64,000 bases of DNA from Sphyrna mokarran. Its lineage: Eukaryota. The position numbers were made by a program, and so were the translations under genes. The first letter of the stretch is position 1, and the number at the start of each line of letters is the position of its first letter. Shown piece after piece: positions 60,425 through 64,000 of this stretch. The notes under the pieces are model-generated. The model was not told the origin of the DNA and did not search any database. It worked only from the letters and a program-made list of their open reading frames with translations. Where the stretch lies: assembly GCA_024679065.1 (NCBI GenBank), contig JAGIQG010000009.1:107198001-107262000 (forward strand). The letters are read 5' to 3'.

Positions 60425-63400
60425 GTGTGTGTGTGTGTGTGTGTTTGGGGAAAGGTGGGGAAGGGGTGCTACTTTATCTTCTTTAGTGGTGTTCTAAACT
60501 ACCCACCCCATCCCCATACTGCCGGATTCTCCAACCTCGCCCGCAGCAGGAATTCTCCAGTTCCGCTGCAGTGAACGGTTGATGCACTAAATTTTCCTTC
60601 TTGCGGACGGGGCTTGAATCCCTCCGGCTGTGTTGGAGGGCTCGCAATGAGCCCGGGAAATTTTATTTTGGCTGAGGGGGGTGTGTCGGAGCTGATTGAT
60701 TAGCTGCCCTTGTGTGATGGTGGGAGACTCGCACTACTGCATGGGGTTAATATTGAGAGGGGCGACGGCTGATGTGACACTGTCCACCCCCTTTTTCGCT
60801 TCTCCTCTGCCTGCCCAATAATATTTGGAAGGTATACAAGGCATGTCCAGTTCTGTTCAGGAACCTTCTCCACCCCCACTTCCCCTATAGCCCAGTAACG
60901 TTTTGAAAACTAGCGGTCCACACAATAGGGAACGAACACGCGTGCAAATAGTAGAAAGTAAGACCTTCACTTTAGTTCAATTCCTTTCGGAGGAGAAGTT
61001 CAAGTAAAAGGAATCGAAAGGGGGAAAATAACTCAAATTGTGATCAAGTTAACTCATGTATCAAGGCGGCAAGGAAGAACAACGAGTGATGACTAACTGA
61101 AGACTTTATTCCCGACAGGAGTTCACTCAGATAAGCCAAAAATACAGCAGACACCTCGGTCAGTGAATCTGACTGAAGGCCGTTCCGTTACTATGAATTG
61201 CACCATCAATATCGCGGGGGGTAAAGCTTACAAATGGCTGAAAAATGATATTGAAGTACAGCGGGTTATTTCGACGTACGCGAAAAGAGTAACCGAAAAC
61301 CAGCGAACTTTCAATGATCCTAACATATTATGGACAAGCCTAGAGATTAGAAATGTCGCAGAATGCGATTCGGCAACGTACTATTGCCAAGTGGACAACG
61401 TAGGCCAAATAACAAAGGGTGAAGGCACCACCCTAACCGTAACCCGTAAGCACATTGTGTTAATTGTGTGTGTGTGTGTGTGTGTAGCTTTATGTACTTA
61501 CGAAAACTTCCCTCTATAAATGTGCGCATGTGAGCGTCTGTGCGAGGGTGAGTGTGGGTATATCTGTAGTTTTTTTTACTATTCATTCGTGGGACTTGGG
61601 CGTCGCTGGTTCGCAAGCATTTATTGCCCATCCCTAGTTGCCCTTGGAGGGCAGTTAAGAATCAATCACATTGTTGTGGCTCTGGAATGTTGGCCAGACC
61701 AAGTAAGGATGGCAGATTTCCTTCCCTGGAGGATATTGGTATGTATGTGGGTCTGTCTCAGTGAGAAGGCACACGTGCTTATGAAGCTAAAGCCTTGTGT
61801 GATTTCAGGAAGAAGTTTGACATAGCTCTTTGGGGCTAAAGGGATCAAGGGATATTGGGGGAATCAGGATATTGAATTTGATGATCAGCCGTGAACAAAA
61901 GGAGTGGCGGGGCAGGCTCAAAGGGCCGAATGGCCTACTCCTGTTTCTAGTTTCTATGTTTCTATGTATTTGGTCTTAATTTGTGAGCGTTCAAATGTGA
62001 TTGCCTTGTGGTTATACATGTCTGTGTAAGAATATACGTGTGTGACACACACACATACATTCTCAAACAGACAATCCCACATAAATATATGTGTCTGAAC
62101 CTGTGAGAGTTTATCTGTAACTCTGTATCACAGTGTGAGTATGTGTGCGTGACTGTATCTCTGTAAGAGTGTGTATCTGTGTGCGTTTGCATTGGAGTGT
62201 CTATATAGAAACAGAAAATGGAAGCAGCAGTAAGCCATTCGGCCCGTCGAGCCTCCTCCACCATTCATTTTGATTATGGCTGATCATCAAATTCAATGTC
62301 ACGATTGCTCCCTTCCCCATATCCCGTTAGCCCCTAGAACTATATCTAATTTCTTCTTGAAATCAGGCAATGTTTTAGCCTCTGCTTTTTTCTGTGGTAG
62401 TAAACTACACACATTCACTACTCTCTGGGTGAAGAAATATGTCCTCACCTCAGTCCCAAGACGTTTACCCTCTTATCCTCAAATTATGACCCTTACTATT
62501 TTTATTGTTCATTCATGGGACACAGACGTCACTGGCCGTCCGGCATTTCTTTATTCCCCATCCCGACTTGTCCTTGAAACTATTTGCTCGGCCATTTCAG
62601 AGGGCAGTTGGGGGTCAACAACATTGCTGTGGCTCTGGAGTCACATGTAGGCCAGACCAAGAAAGGACGGCAGATATCCTTTCCTAAATGACATTAATGA
62701 ACCAGATGTGTTTTTCCAACAATTGAGAATGGTTTCAAGTCATTCTGGGCTCCCCCACCACCAGGAACATTCTGAATTTACACTGTCTTATCCTGTTAGA
62801 ATTTTATATGTTTCTATGAGATCCCCTCTCAATCTTTTGAACTCCAATGAGTATAATCCTAACCAAATTAGTCTCTTCTCATATGACAGACCTGCCTTCC
62901 CAGGAATCAACCTTTGCTGCACTTCTTTGAGGACCTCTTTTCCAGATAAGGAGATCAAAACTGCACATAATACTTCAGGTCTGGCCTCACAAGCAACCTA
63001 TACAAAGCTTATGAGAGCAAGTGCGTATGTCTGCATGAGAATGTGTGTGTATGTGTGCCTGTATGGGACTGTTTGTACGTATGTCTGTGTCAATCGGATA
63101 TGTATATATATCTCTGGGACTATGCGTATGCCTCTTGGTGATAATATGTTTGCCTCACTACCTCAGAGTGTGACAGCCAAAATATGTCAGTAGATACGTG
63201 TCTATGAGTGTGCACGCCTGCCTGTCACTGTTTGTGTGTGTCTGTGAATGTTGCAGGCAATGTGCATGCATGCACCAAGGGGGACTGTTGCTGAGACCGC
63301 CATCACTTAATGTGAAACAACCCTATTTAATATTAACGGAAAAAAATCACTATTCTTTTGTTGAGGTGCCAATGCTTGTCTAACTTATCTTCCCACTATC

Positions 63401-63530
63401 ATTTTAGGTGTTACATCAAAAACAAAATGCTCGATTAATGATGTGCTTCTTGGAGTATTGGCTACAGTGATAGGATTGCTTTGTATTTTACTAACTATAG
63501 TGTCACTGCTTCTCCACCAGAGAAAAAAAG
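60210..63530 (+). CDS. NKp30/NCR3-like single VJ-type IgSF type I membrane receptor, 3' incomplete: join(60210..60270,61119..61445,63408..63530)
   Basis: Three phase-1 exons with GT-AG boundaries. Leader MPMNLCPLPAFILTSCLFAA/GVHS; V domain with Cys (MNC), Trp (YKW), DSATYYC and G-strand GEGTTLTV; stalk plus TM VLLGVLATVIGLLCILLTIVSLLL followed by HQRKK. YYCQVDNVGQITKGEGTTLTV resembles NKp30 YVCRVEVLGLGVGTGNGTRLVV. Confidence 0.85.
61119..61445 (+). CDS. V-J Ig domain exon of the NCR3-like gene
   Basis: Acceptor cccgacag, donor C|gtaagc, 327 nt open; canonical V-set residues; N-glycosylation sequons NLT and NCT. Confidence 0.92.
63408..63530 (+). CDS. Stalk/transmembrane exon of the NCR3-like gene
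   Basis: Acceptor attttag, donor AAG|gtattt; encodes RVTSKTKCSINDVLLGVLATVIGLLCILLTIVSLLLHQRKK. Confidence 0.85.
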
Positions 63531-64000
63531 GTATTTTTATGCATTTAATCGATTACTATTATTGCTATTAGTGTGATGGTGACCCTATTGTCCCACTTAC
63601 ACTCCTTTCTTGTTCCTTATTGTTATTCTTTATTCACTTTACGAGATGGGAGCGTCGGTGGCCGTCTAGCGTTTATTACCCACATCCCTAACATTGGAGA
63701 GTCAATCATGTTACTATGGAGTGCCATGTCGGCCAAGTCAAGGACAATAGATTTCCTTCCCTAAAAGACATTTCTGAACCAAATGACTTTTTACAAGAAT
63801 CTACAATAGTTTCATGGTCATTCATCGATTTTTAATTCCAGATTTTTATTAAACTTAAATTTTACCATCTGCTGTGGCGAGATTTGAACCTGGATCCCTA
63901 GATCTTGCCCTGGGTTTCGAGTCCAGTGACAATACTACTATGCCACTGCCTCACGTTTTTTTCTATAGGTTTCTACTTAAATTTTGTAGAATTCCAAATC

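Noticed and set aside
61119-61445. Rearranging Ig/TCR/IgNAR V segment
   Set aside because: No RSS; the J-like strand is in the same exon, and the next exon is stalk/TM rather than a C1 domain

Overview
Repeat-rich vertebrate genomic DNA. The HE1-like V-SINEs and the CR1, Rex1/Babar and Penelope-like relics point to a shark (elasmobranch). Two spliced protein-coding genes can be built by hand, both on the + strand. (1) A complete 6-coding-exon AIF1 (Iba1) gene, CDS 13763-32037, 143 aa, with a TATA promoter carrying myeloid-type motifs. (2) About 28 kb downstream, an NKp30 (NCR3)-like receptor gene with a leader exon, one exon encoding a germline-joined V-J Ig domain, and a stalk/TM exon (60210-63530); its cytoplasmic exons run off the window. 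AIF1 next to an NCR3-like gene is characteristic of the MHC class III region. The receptor is unusual: no basic TM residue, two extra extracellular cysteines, an Ig-like GVHS leader and a VNAR-like FR1. Other highlights are a perfect 128-bp Penelope-derived palindrome with a 16-bp TSD in AIF1 intron 2, a degraded hammerhead ribozyme, 69-bp satellite arrays in inverted orientation across AIF1 exons, V-SINEs with two alternative LINE-derived tails, and candidate PU.1/IRF, ETS-RUNX and CTCF elements. Repeat boundaries are approximate, and all family and homology assignments come from recall rather than database searches.
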